A DNA stretch of 64,000 bases. Source: Cyanobacteria bacterium P01_A01_bin.123 (lineage in GTDB: Bacteria; Cyanobacteriota; Cyanobacteriia; Phormidesmidales; Phormidesmidaceae). The translations under genes were made by a program, and so were the position numbers. Location: NCBI GenBank assembly GCA_039815185.1, contig JBCBZT010000027.1:1-64000 (forward strand). The letters run 5' to 3'. The notes below the pieces were generated by a model. It searched no databases. It saw only the letters and a list, made by a program, of their open reading frames with translations, and was not told where the DNA came from. Positions 1-9,602 of this stretch are shown here, piece by piece; the first letter of the stretch is position 1; each line of letters starts with the position of its first letter.

Positions 1-1
1 C

Positions 2-1939
2 GGTTATACGGGATATATTGGCAGCGAATCAACATTTGTATTTTATCAAACCTCCCATCGGGGAAAAATAGAGTTCGGCATATGCATTATTGGCCTGATC
101 TCAATATTTACTTTTGTTTATATAAAACATAAAACTAGAAACATAGAAGCGATTTCTAGAGCCTTGATCGCAGCTTTTGCTGCTTTTATTTTTATCGCAT
201 TCATTGTTGAAGCTCGATTAATCGCTGCTTCGGTAACCACAGCCTTATTCTTTGCCATTAGCGCAGCCATAACCAGTAATTTCACCGGACGTATAGCCAG
301 AGCAATTGTGGTCATCATCGCTATTGCTTTTGCTTTCTATATAGAGATAAGTCAAATCCCATATATTAGAGATATTGCTAACGGGGTAATTCCGCCTAAC
401 TTAAAAGAAAACGCTGAATATATAGTTGAGAATACAGAACTCTCACCAGAGGTTCCTCCTGAAATTTTCAGCCTTTATCAAGATTATGCCGAAGGCAAAG
501 TTCCAAGCCAAGCACAAGATAATGCTAAACTTTTGCTCAAAGCCATGCCAGTCATTATAACTTTTAGCTGTTCCACAGTAGCGATTACTATATTAATCTG
601 TAATTACGTCGTATGGAGTTATATTAGAAGTAGAAAAAATGCATTAATTAGCTCTTTAGCTATTAACTTTACATACTTTAAAGGGACAACCTTTTACAAG
701 GCGGATTTAACAGAAGCAGATTTTACGAGCGCTACACTTGAAGGTGCTGATTTTAGAGAAGCGAACCTGTTGCGCACTCGTTTTTGGCAAAATCAATTTC
801 TTGATCGCATTCGTCCAGGCCTTTCCTATCTAAGATATCCTTGCATCATTCAATTATTTACTAATCCAGCAGTATATATTGAAGAACTCAAAGGTCTCAA
901 TCTTAGAGGTATTAACCTGAGAGACGTCAACTTGAAAGGAGTTGACCTTATCGGAACAGATCTAAGCCGTGCTGATTTACAAAATGTTGATTTATCTGAA
1001 GCTTCTTTAGCTCAAACTTTCTTAGATGGCGCAGATTTAACTGGAGCAAATTTAACTGGAGCTACTATTGGCTATGGGGGAATCGGTAATACTGAAGTCA
1101 GCAGTACTACTAAGTTAGCTGAAATTAAATGTAATTTTATTTATGTTGATTCTGGCCAATCTAACAGATCAGACTCCAATCATTCACAATCGTCTCGTCG
1201 ACCCCATAATCCAAATCATGATTTTAAGCCAGGTGAATTTGAAGCTCTGATGTTGCAGGCTAGAAATGCTGTTGATCTCATCTTTGCTGATGGAATTGAC
1301 TGGAAAGCCTTCTTTGCCTCGTTTCAGAAATTACGGCAGCAGTACGATGACAATATTTCTATCCAGGCCATCGAGAAAAAAAGCAGTGATGCCTTTATAG
1401 TGCGCTTGGAAGTACCACAAGAGGCTAACAAGGCCGCAGTTGAAGTTAGTGCTAAGCAGCTCTACGAAACCCAGCTCAAAGCCCTTGAAGCTCAATATGA
1501 ACAGCAGCTTCGATTGCAAGGGGCTCACCTCGAAGATGCAAAAAAGGCGGTTAAATCTCAGCGCCGAGATAAGGCAACGTTAATGAGGATCATAGAAACC
1601 ATGGCAGATAGTCAAGTCAAGATGGAGATCGGCACTGTCCATGGCGGCGTTGCAGGCAATGTCGAAGGGGATATGAACATATATACCCCAGAACAGCAAA
1701 AGAGCCTTGCAGAAGCTGCACAGGAGATTCAGCAGCTCCTAGATCAGCTCTCAGAGACCTACTCCCTCGCAGAAGTGCCCGCCCAAGCTGAAGCTGAAAT
1801 CAAGGGGAACCCACAGCTCAAAGGTAAGGTAGTTAGCGCACTCAAAGGTGGCGGCAAGAAGGCGCTGCAAGAGTTAGTCAAACATCCAGCGATCGCGATT
1901 TTGATTGCGGCCATTGAAGGCTGGGAAAAGGGGAAGTGA
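2..1939 (+). CDS. Pentapeptide-repeat membrane protein, 5'-truncated by the window edge
   Basis: Frame is open from base 2 into the 164..1939 ORF; hydrophobic N-terminal helices, A(D/N)LxxA pentapeptide repeats, C-terminal SLAEAAQEIQQLLDQL segment. Confidence 0.85.
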   Translation, partial: GYTGYIGSESTFVFYQTSHRGKIEFGICIIGLISIFTFVYIKHKTRNIEAISRALIAAFAAFIFIAFIVEARLIAASVTTALFFAISAAITSNFTGRIARAIVVIIAIAFAFYIEISQIPYIRDIANGVIPPNLKENAEYIVENTELSPEVPPEIFSLYQDYAEGKVPSQAQDNAKLLLKAMPVIITFSCSTVAITILICNYVVWSYIRSRKNALISSLAINFTYFKGTTFYKADLTEADFTSATLEGADFREANLLRTRFWQNQFLDRIRPGLSYLRYPCIIQLFTNPAVYIEELKGLNLRGINLRDVNLKGVDLIGTDLSRADLQNVDLSEASLAQTFLDGADLTGANLTGATIGYGGIGNTEVSSTTKLAEIKCNFIYVDSGQSNRSDSNHSQSSRRPHNPNHDFKPGEFEALMLQARNAVDLIFADGIDWKAFFASFQKLRQQYDDNISIQAIEKKSSDAFIVRLEVPQEANKAAVEVSAKQLYETQLKALEAQYEQQLRLQGAHLEDAKKAVKSQRRDKATLMRIIETMADSQVKMEIGTVHGGVAGNVEGDMNIYTPEQQKSLAEAAQEIQQLLDQLSETYSLAEVPAQAEAEIKGNPQLKGKVVSALKGGGKKALQELVKHPAIAILIAAIEGWEKGK

Positions 1940-2034
1940 GCAGTTAAAGATTGCCACCACTCTAGAACGGCAAATACGGCAATTAGTTGATGCAGTCTTC
2001 AAGCGTACAAATCTTAGCGATGAGTTCTAAATCT

Positions 2035-2488
2035 GGTTGTGTTGCAAGAAATCATGAAGGAAGTAATTATGTTATGGCTATAACCTTTGTTAGGCAGTGA
2101 CTCTGAGCATGAAGTCTAGCGTCTGCCCCCTGGAATCGACAGCCCGATAGAGATAGTGATCGCGCTTTTTGACTTTAATATAGGTCTCATCCACTCGCCA
2201 GGAATCGTTGCTGGGCCTCAGATGGCAACGGCAACGCTTGTCCAGCTCTGGACTATAAGCTTGCACCCAGCGATAAATCGTGATGTGGTCAACCTCAACC
2301 CCGCGCTCGACCATCATCTCTTCTAAGTCTCGGTAGCTCAAGCCATAGCGCAGGTACCACCGGACGTTCAGTAGAATAATCTCAGCGTGAAAGTGCCGCC
2401 ACTTGAATGGAGGTGAAGTAGACATTTAGGGTTAGATGCGATGGGCCTTCCTATCAAACGATCTATGCCCTGTTTTTGCAACACAACC
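2035..2488 (-). mobile_element. Internally deleted IS6-family element (454 bp) with both terminal inverted repeats
   Basis: IR GGTTGTGTTGCAA at 2035-2047 and its reverse complement at 2476-2488 enclose a truncated transposase. Confidence 0.85.
2090..2425 (-). pseudogene. Truncated IS6-family transposase (N-terminal half)
   Basis: FKWRHF..VRWYLRYGLSYRDLEEMM..WRVDETYIKV..YLYRAVD motifs; only 111 aa. Confidence 0.9.
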
Positions 2489-2572
2489 CATCAAAGCCTT
2501 GACAGACTACCATTGGTGGCCCTCCTAAGAGAATAATCGTTTCGGGGATGAACCAAACAGATTTGGTATGAT

Positions 2573-3568
2573 TTAGAAATTCTCTTTTGTCTGGATTAGT
2601 AGATCTGAAACTGCTTTAGTAATCGGCAGATTTAAAACTTGTTCAAGCCAGTAGAATTCTCCAACTGGGTTAACTTCAAGAAAGATATAGCGATCATCGG
2701 GAGTCAGAATGATGTCCATAGCTCCGTATTGCAACTCGAAATAATCCATCAGTTGCAAGAGTTTAGCTTCTACCCCTTGGGGTAAATGATAGAGTCGCCA
2801 ACCTTGGCGTAAATCCATCTGTCCTCTGCGCCAATCATAACGAGCAGTCTGATAGCGCTGAGAGTCAACTGCAGCCGTAAAAACTTGTTTCCCAACAATC
2901 GTGATTCGTAACTCTAATGCCTTGGGAATCTGCTCCTGAAAAACCATTGGGCAAAAGCGCAATCTATCAAGATTATTCAAGATTTCTGGTGATACTGGAT
3001 TTGTGTAAAAAATCTTTTCCTGACCATGATCATCAATAATGGGACGAGAGAGCATTTTGGTAATCAGACCATGCTGACATTCCTGAGAGAAATTTCTCAC
3101 TGCCTCTGGATTGTTGGTAATGAGTGTGCGAGGGATATCGATACTCAAATTTTGTGCGGTTTGGAGCTGAAGTTGCTTATTATTTGCTCGAATTTGATTT
3201 GATAGAGGATCAACCTGAACTGTGTTGAGACTAGCCAGCATCCCTTCAAGCATCGTGCAAGATTCTTGAATTGAGGGATTTCTGAATTGCGATTCTATTG
3301 TGGGAGGAATTAGTGCTCCAGTCTCATTTTTAGCTGCATTACGCAGAAAACGATTCCAAACAGTGGACACCTCGTCCAATATCAGCTTTTCTTCATTGGC
3401 GAAGAGAATTATCTGCTCATGATCTAAGCTGTACTGAATTTCTAAACCGACCTCAGTGGGAAATGCATCAATATCAAAACGGAAAGAATTTTGGCCTCGA
3501 TCTGAAATCTCTTTCTGAAGTGCTGAAATACTCTTGTCTTTACTGTCGGTGACAATCAGAATCGTCAT
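2573..3568 (-). CDS. mvdD: MvdD/MdnC-family ATP-grasp peptide maturase (graspetide ligase)
   Basis: FRFDIDAFPTEV, KQLQLQ, TLITNNPEAV, PMVFQEQIPKALELRITIVG, DWRR, FLEVNPVGEFYWLE; probable ATG at 3568 (MTILIVT). Confidence 0.85.
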   Translation of the reverse strand: MTILIVTDSKDKSISALQKEISDRGQNSFRFDIDAFPTEVGLEIQYSLDHEQIILFANEEKLILDEVSTVWNRFLRNAAKNETGALIPPTIESQFRNPSIQESCTMLEGMLASLNTVQVDPLSNQIRANNKQLQLQTAQNLSIDIPRTLITNNPEAVRNFSQECQHGLITKMLSRPIIDDHGQEKIFYTNPVSPEILNNLDRLRFCPMVFQEQIPKALELRITIVGKQVFTAAVDSQRYQTARYDWRRGQMDLRQGWRLYHLPQGVEAKLLQLMDYFELQYGAMDIILTPDDRYIFLEVNPVGEFYWLEQVLNLPITKAVSDLLIQTKENF

Positions 3569-3887
3569 TATCAAATTTTTAATAGCAGGGTAATATAAAC
3601 CGCATCCATGTTGAGTGTAGAGTTTAAGAAAATGTTCTGTAAACTTAAAAGTCTTGATATACAAGCGTTCTAAGCAGATCTCAAAACTACGGTTTTCAAG
3701 CTAGACGCGGTTTAGCTTCTGGGTTGGATTGAATAAATCGTTTAAATCAGAAGACTTTATCAGGGATCAGTTTGGTGAATAATCTTTGAGCTTGAGGCTC
3801 CTGGCTTTCTAGTTGAGGTGTCCTTCAATAGACCGAAAAAGGCCAACTATTATTTGTTGGGTTTAGATCTTGATTTTTACCTGATAA

Positions 3888-4055
3888 TTATGCACCTCGT
3901 GGCGACTTCGACTTCTGAACTAGATCACCTCCCCTCTGGATTGCATGAAGCTGATCTGCTGGAATAGGCTCTAGCAAGAGTGTAAATAGTGGCGCGGTTG
4001 CAGTTTGAGTGACTTGCTTTTTATTCTTGGAGTTTTGATTGTTCTGATCAGGCAT
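3888..4055 (-). CDS. Small precursor peptide with microviridin-like leader (55 aa)
   Basis: Hand translation: MPDQNNQNSKNKKQVTQTATAPLFTLLLEPIPADQLHAIQRGGDLVQKSKSPRGA; tandem paralog of 4153..4314, upstream of the ATP-grasp gene. Confidence 0.7.
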   Translation of the reverse strand: MPDQNNQNSKNKKQVTQTATAPLFTLLLEPIPADQLHAIQRGGDLVQKSKSPRGA

Positions 4056-4152
4056 GACTTCTACCGTCTTGGATAGTTCAGTGAATCCTCACACCTTGGT
4101 TGGTCAGGGAAAATCTATAACTGGTTTTTAGTTTAGAGGTCGGCTTTTTAGT

Positions 4153-4314
4153 TTAGAGGTCGGCTGGCCACTTCCCAACTAGATCACTTCCCCCCTGGAT
4201 TGCATGAAGCTGATCTGCTGGAATAGGCTCTAGCAAGAGTGCAAATAGTGGCGCGGTTACAGTTGGAGTGACTTGCTTTTTATCCTTGGAGTTTTGATTG
4301 TTCTGATCAGGCAT
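4153..4314 (-). CDS. Microviridin/graspetide-like precursor peptide (53 aa)
   Basis: Hand translation: MPDQNNQNSKDKKQVTPTVTAPLFALLLEPIPADQLHAIQGG-SDLVGKWPADL; PLFALLLE resembles PFFARFL and KWPAD resembles K(Y/W)PSD. Confidence 0.75.
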   Translation of the reverse strand: MPDQNNQNSKDKKQVTPTVTAPLFALLLEPIPADQLHAIQGGSDLVGKWPADL

Positions 4315-4428
4315 GACTTCTACCTTCTTTGACAGTTCAGTAAATCCTCACACATGGGGTGGTTAGAGAAAAGTCTATGACTCAGACATATGCTCAGTTT
4401 AGGCTGATACCCTTTCCACTTAATGCAA

Positions 4429-4461
4429 ATCCTATCTTTAAATTGAGAAGAAAGTCGGAAA
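4429..4461 (-). promoter_or_regulatory. Degenerate copy of the shared island promoter motif
   Basis: TTTCCGA-CTTTC-TTCTCAATT-N6-TAGGAT upstream of the graspetide precursors. Confidence 0.5.
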
Positions 4462-4509
4462 GCAAACATAATCATGTGTTTTCATACACCGTTGTTAACT
4501 CATGCTGCT

Positions 4510-5583
4510 TTAGGATTGCCTAGCCGCATTGTTTCGACAGAGCTGCGTGTTGGGGTGTTCAGGGCCAACGGTGGCTTCAAAGCAGGCGATCGCCCGCTCA
4601 AAGAGTTCCCCTGCCTCCGTGCTCCGATCCATTTTCTGTAAGAGAGAAGCCAAATTATTGAGGCTAATGGCGACATCGGGATGTTCCGATCCCAAGAGGG
4701 TCTCTTTAAGCTCCAAGGCTCGACGATAGGCTTGCTCTGCTGACTCAAGCTCACCTTTGGCTTGCAATGAGGCGGCTAAATTATTGAGATTAATCGCAAT
4801 TTCATAGTGAATCGGGCCAAATTGCTGCTCAAAAAAGGCGATCGCGGCTTCAAAATAAGCGATCGCGTCGTCATACTGTTCCAGTCCATGCAGAATCGAA
4901 CCTAAGGCGGCTGCGTCGGCAATGGTTTTGGCATGATCAGCTCCCAGTAAATCCACATGGAGCTGATAGGACTTACGGGCATAGGGTTCGGCCTCGACAT
5001 AATGACGACGGGAATGGTTGAGCCCCCCTAAATTGTGATAAATCGTGGCGACCTCAATATGTTGCTCACCATGGCGCTCAATTAGCGCCGCCAGTGCGGT
5101 CTGGTAGAGGTCTTCCGCCGCCTCAAATTTGCCCCAGTATTTATAGACAATGGCTAAATCGTTGAGCAGCCGAATCCAAATGGGTTGATGACGTAGGCCC
5201 TGATCTTCAACGAGTTGAATGACTTGCTGAAAGACCTGTTCGGCCTGGGGATAGTGGCCCTGAATGCGGGCTAAGGTGCCTTGCTGAGACGAGAGTTTCA
5301 GCTCTAATGGCAACGAGATCTTGGCTGGATAGTTTGCTTTGATCTCGTTTAGGGCGAGTTGAGCAGCTTGGAGCTGAGTTTGGGCTTCGCCGTAGCGGGC
5401 TTGGGCTTCTAAGCTGGTAATCAAATGACTTTGCAGCTTCACCTGCAGTACCCAACCAACTGGAGTAGGGGGCAAGTCAGCCAGCAATTGCTTGCAAAGT
5501 GCTTCTGCCTCAGAGTGGTTATCTTGGGCCTGCAAGTGAGTGACTTGGTTCATTTGCAGTTGCCAATCACTTGTAGTAACCAT
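4510..5583 (-). CDS. Tetratricopeptide-repeat protein (kinesin-light-chain-like TPRs)
   Basis: Repeated HPDVAISLNNLA/IYHNLG units; start overlaps the stop of the upstream precursor (TGATG). Confidence 0.9.
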   Translation of the reverse strand: MVTTSDWQLQMNQVTHLQAQDNHSEAEALCKQLLADLPPTPVGWVLQVKLQSHLITSLEAQARYGEAQTQLQAAQLALNEIKANYPAKISLPLELKLSSQQGTLARIQGHYPQAEQVFQQVIQLVEDQGLRHQPIWIRLLNDLAIVYKYWGKFEAAEDLYQTALAALIERHGEQHIEVATIYHNLGGLNHSRRHYVEAEPYARKSYQLHVDLLGADHAKTIADAAALGSILHGLEQYDDAIAYFEAAIAFFEQQFGPIHYEIAINLNNLAASLQAKGELESAEQAYRRALELKETLLGSEHPDVAISLNNLASLLQKMDRSTEAGELFERAIACFEATVGPEHPNTQLCRNNAARQS

Positions 5584-5780
5584 CACGAATACTGTGTCTT
5601 GACCATCGTTTCATTATGGTTGCGGGGCAGACCAGCACCGACTATCTCAGTCAATGCTGCTTCACTCAGCTCCGTGATATCAAGTAGCTGCATGTCTGCA
5701 TCCCAGTCACTATCTGTTAAATCAATGTCTGAAAAAATTAACTCTAGTTGTGGTTTCTTAGCTTGGGATTGCTGTTTCAT
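5583..5780 (-). CDS. Single-cassette NHNET precursor peptide
   Basis: ITELSEAALTEIVGA-GLPR-NHNETM. Confidence 0.8.
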   Translation of the reverse strand: MKQQSQAKKPQLELIFSDIDLTDSDWDADMQLLDITELSEAALTEIVGAGLPRNHNETMVKTQYS

Positions 5781-5829
5781 CGGACTGACTCAATTAAGGA
5801 ATGTGCTAGATATATGTCGTATGCCACAT

Positions 5830-5861
5830 AGGGTATGGAGCAATCGAGAAGAATTCGGGAA
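5830..5861 (-). promoter_or_regulatory. Shared island promoter motif
   Basis: TTCCCGA-ATTC-TTCTCGATT-GCTCCA-TACCCT. Confidence 0.7.
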
Positions 5862-5864
5862 GCC

Positions 5865-5972
5865 CCCTACGAAGACATGAACATCACCGGGGTCACGGGC
5901 TTAAACGAAGCCCAAAAAGTAACACTGAAAGCCTTGGGGGCTGCGTCGGGCAACGACTTGGATAGGCTTTAA
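5865..5972 (+). pseudogene. 3'-end relic of a fourth NB-ARC-WD40 gene
   Basis: Encodes [26 protein letters not shown], matching the C-termini of the three intact paralogs. Confidence 0.8.
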
Positions 5973-5977
5973 CTCGA

Positions 5978-7228
5978 TCACTGAGCGTAATCGGCATCTT
6001 GAGTCACCTGCAGTCGGGCTGTGTTCAGGTAATGACCGATAAAGGCGTGGCTCGTGAGGCCAAAATCTGTGACCGCCAGCATAACCAGGGGCTTGTTAGC
6101 GGTATTTTTAACTTGGTGAGCGGCCCAACGCGGTACAAAAACAATATCGCCAGCGTTCACTTCCAATTGTTTCTGGCCAATCGAAGCGGTTCCTTGGCCT
6201 TGCTGAATCACTAGGAGTGCTTCGTGGGCATGACGATGACGCTCATTCGTTTTGTTGGGCGCAATCCTGACCAATCGTGGATCGAGGACTTCTGAGGGCG
6301 TCGTCAGTCGTTCAACGGTAAAATCAATGGTTTGTTTTCCCTGATTGCTTTGGTTGCGATAGAGGATAGCCCCTGACTGTCCGGCCTGATGGCGTAAGGT
6401 TTGATCACCATTACTGAGAGACTGTCGAGCCTGAATTTTTCCTAGTAATGGCTGAATTCGCCTCACCTGAAGCTGCTCATAAAGTGCAGTGAAGAACTGC
6501 TCACGCAAGTCTAAAGCTAAGGCCAACACACGATGGCAAGTTGCAAACCAGTTGGGTTCGCTAGCGTAAGAGAGCATAATGTTCTCTAAGGTCACGGCAT
6601 GGTTGTCATCACAGGCGATGTGGAGGTGAAAAAAGGTGAGATGCTCATCGGTCACTCCGGCTTGCTGTAGCCCTTGGACAAAAATTTCATACATTTGAGG
6701 CACAATGCCTTCGGTCCCCAAGGCTAAAAATGCAGCACTTGAACAGGCTGGCGATCGCAGGCAAAAACTGAGTACCTCATTCACAAACAGCTGAGTTGCT
6801 GGCTCAGGCTTTAACTCATCTAAAGCAATGCCTAAGCCCTGGGTCAAGAAGCGACGAAATAACTCAGCATGGCGTTGGTTTGGATCTGTTTCGCCACTTT
6901 CCTCCCAAAGATTTTCGACCAGTTGGGCGCGGTGTACATCGCTCTCTAAATTAGCCATTAACCCCGCTAAATAGCGCGTGAAGCTTTGAGCGTAAAAGGA
7001 GTACTGACCAAAAATAAACTGAAAATCATCGATACTCAAATGTCCTGCTTGGCACGCCCTAAAAAGAGGGTTTTGCCACAAGGAGTGGTTAGCTTGAAAC
7101 TCCCGCAGCTCTAATAATTTGGATGCAAGCTCAGTATTTGAGCAAGACTGATTGTAAAGTTGTTTGTTGTCTAATTTTAAGGATGGGAGTAACCTAGGAA
7201 ACTCTATTTTTTCAATCATCTGATCCAT
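5978..7228 (-). CDS. Heme-oxygenase-like diiron oxidase (TenA/PqqC/CADD-like) fused to a C-terminal cupin
   Basis: ENLWEESG..HAELF, LGTEG, FFHLHIACDDNHA ligand pattern; cupin HRHAHEA..GDIVFVPRWAAHQV. Confidence 0.85.
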   Translation of the reverse strand: MDQMIEKIEFPRLLPSLKLDNKQLYNQSCSNTELASKLLELREFQANHSLWQNPLFRACQAGHLSIDDFQFIFGQYSFYAQSFTRYLAGLMANLESDVHRAQLVENLWEESGETDPNQRHAELFRRFLTQGLGIALDELKPEPATQLFVNEVLSFCLRSPACSSAAFLALGTEGIVPQMYEIFVQGLQQAGVTDEHLTFFHLHIACDDNHAVTLENIMLSYASEPNWFATCHRVLALALDLREQFFTALYEQLQVRRIQPLLGKIQARQSLSNGDQTLRHQAGQSGAILYRNQSNQGKQTIDFTVERLTTPSEVLDPRLVRIAPNKTNERHRHAHEALLVIQQGQGTASIGQKQLEVNAGDIVFVPRWAAHQVKNTANKPLVMLAVTDFGLTSHAFIGHYLNTARLQVTQDADYAQ

Positions 7229-7364
7229 TATTATTGTCCTGCCACTTGAATTGATAGGGATTAAGATGCCAAATCTTAGGTTTTCTGCAAATTCAGAAAA
7301 CCTGTTGATAAAACTTCTCTCACAGAGCGCTGCAATGATACTGACTGTTTAATTAAAGACTGGT

Positions 7365-8810
7365 TTAAATGCCATACTCTTCAGGGCTGGCTTCAATACC
7401 ATTACCGACAATTGCCGCCAAATCCTCTCCACTGAGGTAAATGATCTGAGTTGATTGGGTTGGAGCAGACTCTTTGATATCGACTAGGGTTTCATTATGA
7501 TTTTCACCACAATCGTCTGGTGTGCAGCCACTACCACCACCACCACCACCTATACCGCCTACGATCGCTGCTAAATCTTTCACACCGAGTTCAATGATCT
7601 GAGTTGATTGGGCTTGAGTAGACTCTTTGATATCGACTAGCGTTTCATTATGGTTCCCACCACATGTCCACCGGGGACATTCGCTCCCACCTGCACCTGC
7701 GATCGCTTCCAAATCTTCCACACTGAGTTCAATTGGTTTTGTTTCTTGCGATTGAGTGGAGTCTTGGGTATGGATCAGCGTTTCATTGTGGTTAGTACCA
7801 CAAGTCCAAGGTGGACACTGACGATAACTGCCACCACCACCCATACCCCCAACGATCGCCTCCAAATCCTCTTCACTGAGGTAAATGATCTGAGTTGATT
7901 CGGTTTGAGTAGATTCTTTGATATCAATGAGCGTTTCGTTGTGGTTTTCACCACAATCATCTGGGGTGCAGCCATTACCACCACCACCATTACCTATACC
8001 GCCTACGATCGCATCCAAATCTTCTTCACTGAGTTCAATGATCTGGATTGATTGGATTGGAGCAGACTCTTTAATATCGACTAGCGTTTCGTTGTGGTTA
8101 ACCCCACATTCCTCTTCAGGACATGTTGTACCTCCTCTGAAACCGCCTGCGATCGCCTCCAAATCCTCTCCACTGAGATAAATGATCTGAGTTGATTGGG
8201 ATTGAGTAGAATTCGTATTGACCAACATTTCGTTATGGTTAACCCCACAGTGATCTGGAGGGCAATCAATACCACCTGCGATCGCCTCCAAATCTTCCAC
8301 ACTGAGTTCAATTGGTTCTGTTTCTTGCGATTGAGTGGAGTCTTGGGTATGGATCAGTGTTTCATTGTGGTTAGTACCACAAGTCCAAGGTGTACACTGA
8401 CGATCACCGCCACCACCCATACCCCCAAAGATCGCCTCCAAATCCTCTTCAGTGAGTTCAATGATCTGGTTTGATTCGGTTTGAGCAGCATCTGCAACAC
8501 TAATGATTGTTTCGTTGTGGTTTTCGCCACAATCATCTGGCGTGCAGCTAGTACCACCACCACCGTTACCGGCACCACCAACGATCGCCTCCAAATCTTC
8601 TTCACTGAGTTCAATGAGCTGGGTTGATTTGGATTGAGTAGCATCTGCAACACCAATGAGCGTTTCGTTGTGGTTGTCGGGCATTCCTGCGCCTACAATT
8701 GCCCCCAAATCCTCTTCGCTGAGTTCAATCAGTTCTGTATTGAGCTCAATCATTTGAGCGGGTTCAGGTTGAGTAGATTGAATCTTTAGGGGTACGTGGG
8801 TCTTTAACAT
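7365..8810 (-). CDS. Ten-module cassette precursor peptide (9 NHNE cassettes)
   Basis: Ten repeats of I(E/Y)LSxEDLxAIxG(G/A/N); eight cores carry CxxxxC; AAGGAG RBS. Confidence 0.9.
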   Translation of the reverse strand: MLKTHVPLKIQSTQPEPAQMIELNTELIELSEEDLGAIVGAGMPDNHNETLIGVADATQSKSTQLIELSEEDLEAIVGGAGNGGGGTSCTPDDCGENHNETIISVADAAQTESNQIIELTEEDLEAIFGGMGGGGDRQCTPWTCGTNHNETLIHTQDSTQSQETEPIELSVEDLEAIAGGIDCPPDHCGVNHNEMLVNTNSTQSQSTQIIYLSGEDLEAIAGGFRGGTTCPEEECGVNHNETLVDIKESAPIQSIQIIELSEEDLDAIVGGIGNGGGGNGCTPDDCGENHNETLIDIKESTQTESTQIIYLSEEDLEAIVGGMGGGGSYRQCPPWTCGTNHNETLIHTQDSTQSQETKPIELSVEDLEAIAGAGGSECPRWTCGGNHNETLVDIKESTQAQSTQIIELGVKDLAAIVGGIGGGGGGSGCTPDDCGENHNETLVDIKESAPTQSTQIIYLSGEDLAAIVGNGIEASPEEYGI

Positions 8811-8986
8811 CTGTCTTCTCCTTGTAAGGCTTGATTGGGATGATTAAATAATCGAAAAAATGAGGATGGGCTCTCAAACAGTATTGAGGCATTAGTTAAT
8901 AGTGCGATGGGTATTGGCGTAGCCCCTCCTGAGGGACTCGACCGACCCAAAAGAGCCATCGCACGTATTTGTTCTGTAAGTGATGA

Positions 8987-9427
8987 CTAACCCTCACTTA
9001 CAGGCTCATCATCTTCTTTACTTCTGCCACCACAGATCAGGGTTAAGTCCTCTGCTGAGAGTTTGACCAGCTTTGGCTGAGCAGAATTAGTTTTTTGGGT
9101 AGTCTCCAGTAGCGTTTCATTATGATTGAGCAGGATACCGTCGCCATGCTCGTTGTCATTTCCGCTACTATAGCCACCGACAATCGCCGCCAAATCTTCC
9201 ACACTGAGTTCAACAATCTGTGTTGATTGGGTTGGAGTAGACTCTTTAATATCGACTAGCGTTTCGTTGTGGTTGGCACTTACCGCATCACCACTAATAT
9301 CATCGCTGCCTTTACTTTCACTACTACCACCAACAATTACTTCCAGATTCTCCATACTGAGTTCTATGATTTGAGTGGGTTCAAGTTGAGTAGATTGAAT
9401 CTTTAGGGGTACGTGGGTCTTTAACAT
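8987..9427 (-). CDS. Three-module precursor (2 NHNET cassettes + terminal RSKEDDEPVSEG core)
   Basis: Leader repeats; N-terminus nearly identical to 7365..8810. Confidence 0.9.
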   Translation of the reverse strand: MLKTHVPLKIQSTQLEPTQIIELSMENLEVIVGGSSESKGSDDISGDAVSANHNETLVDIKESTPTQSTQIVELSVEDLAAIVGGYSSGNDNEHGDGILLNHNETLLETTQKTNSAQPKLVKLSAEDLTLICGGRSKEDDEPVSEG

Positions 9428-9602
9428 CTATCTTCTCCTTGTAAGGTTTGATTGGGATGATTAAATAATCGAAAAATGAGGATGGGCTCTCAATCAGTAT
9501 TGAGGCGTTAGTTAATAGTGCGACGGGTATTGGCGTAGCCACTCCTGAGGGACTCGACCGACCTAAAAGAGCCACCGCACTGATTTGTTCTGTCAGTGAT
9601 GA

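Noticed and set aside
3740..3850. Possible third microviridin-like precursor (LAFFGLL.. on the minus strand)
   Set aside because: No convincing start, RBS, double-Gly or core
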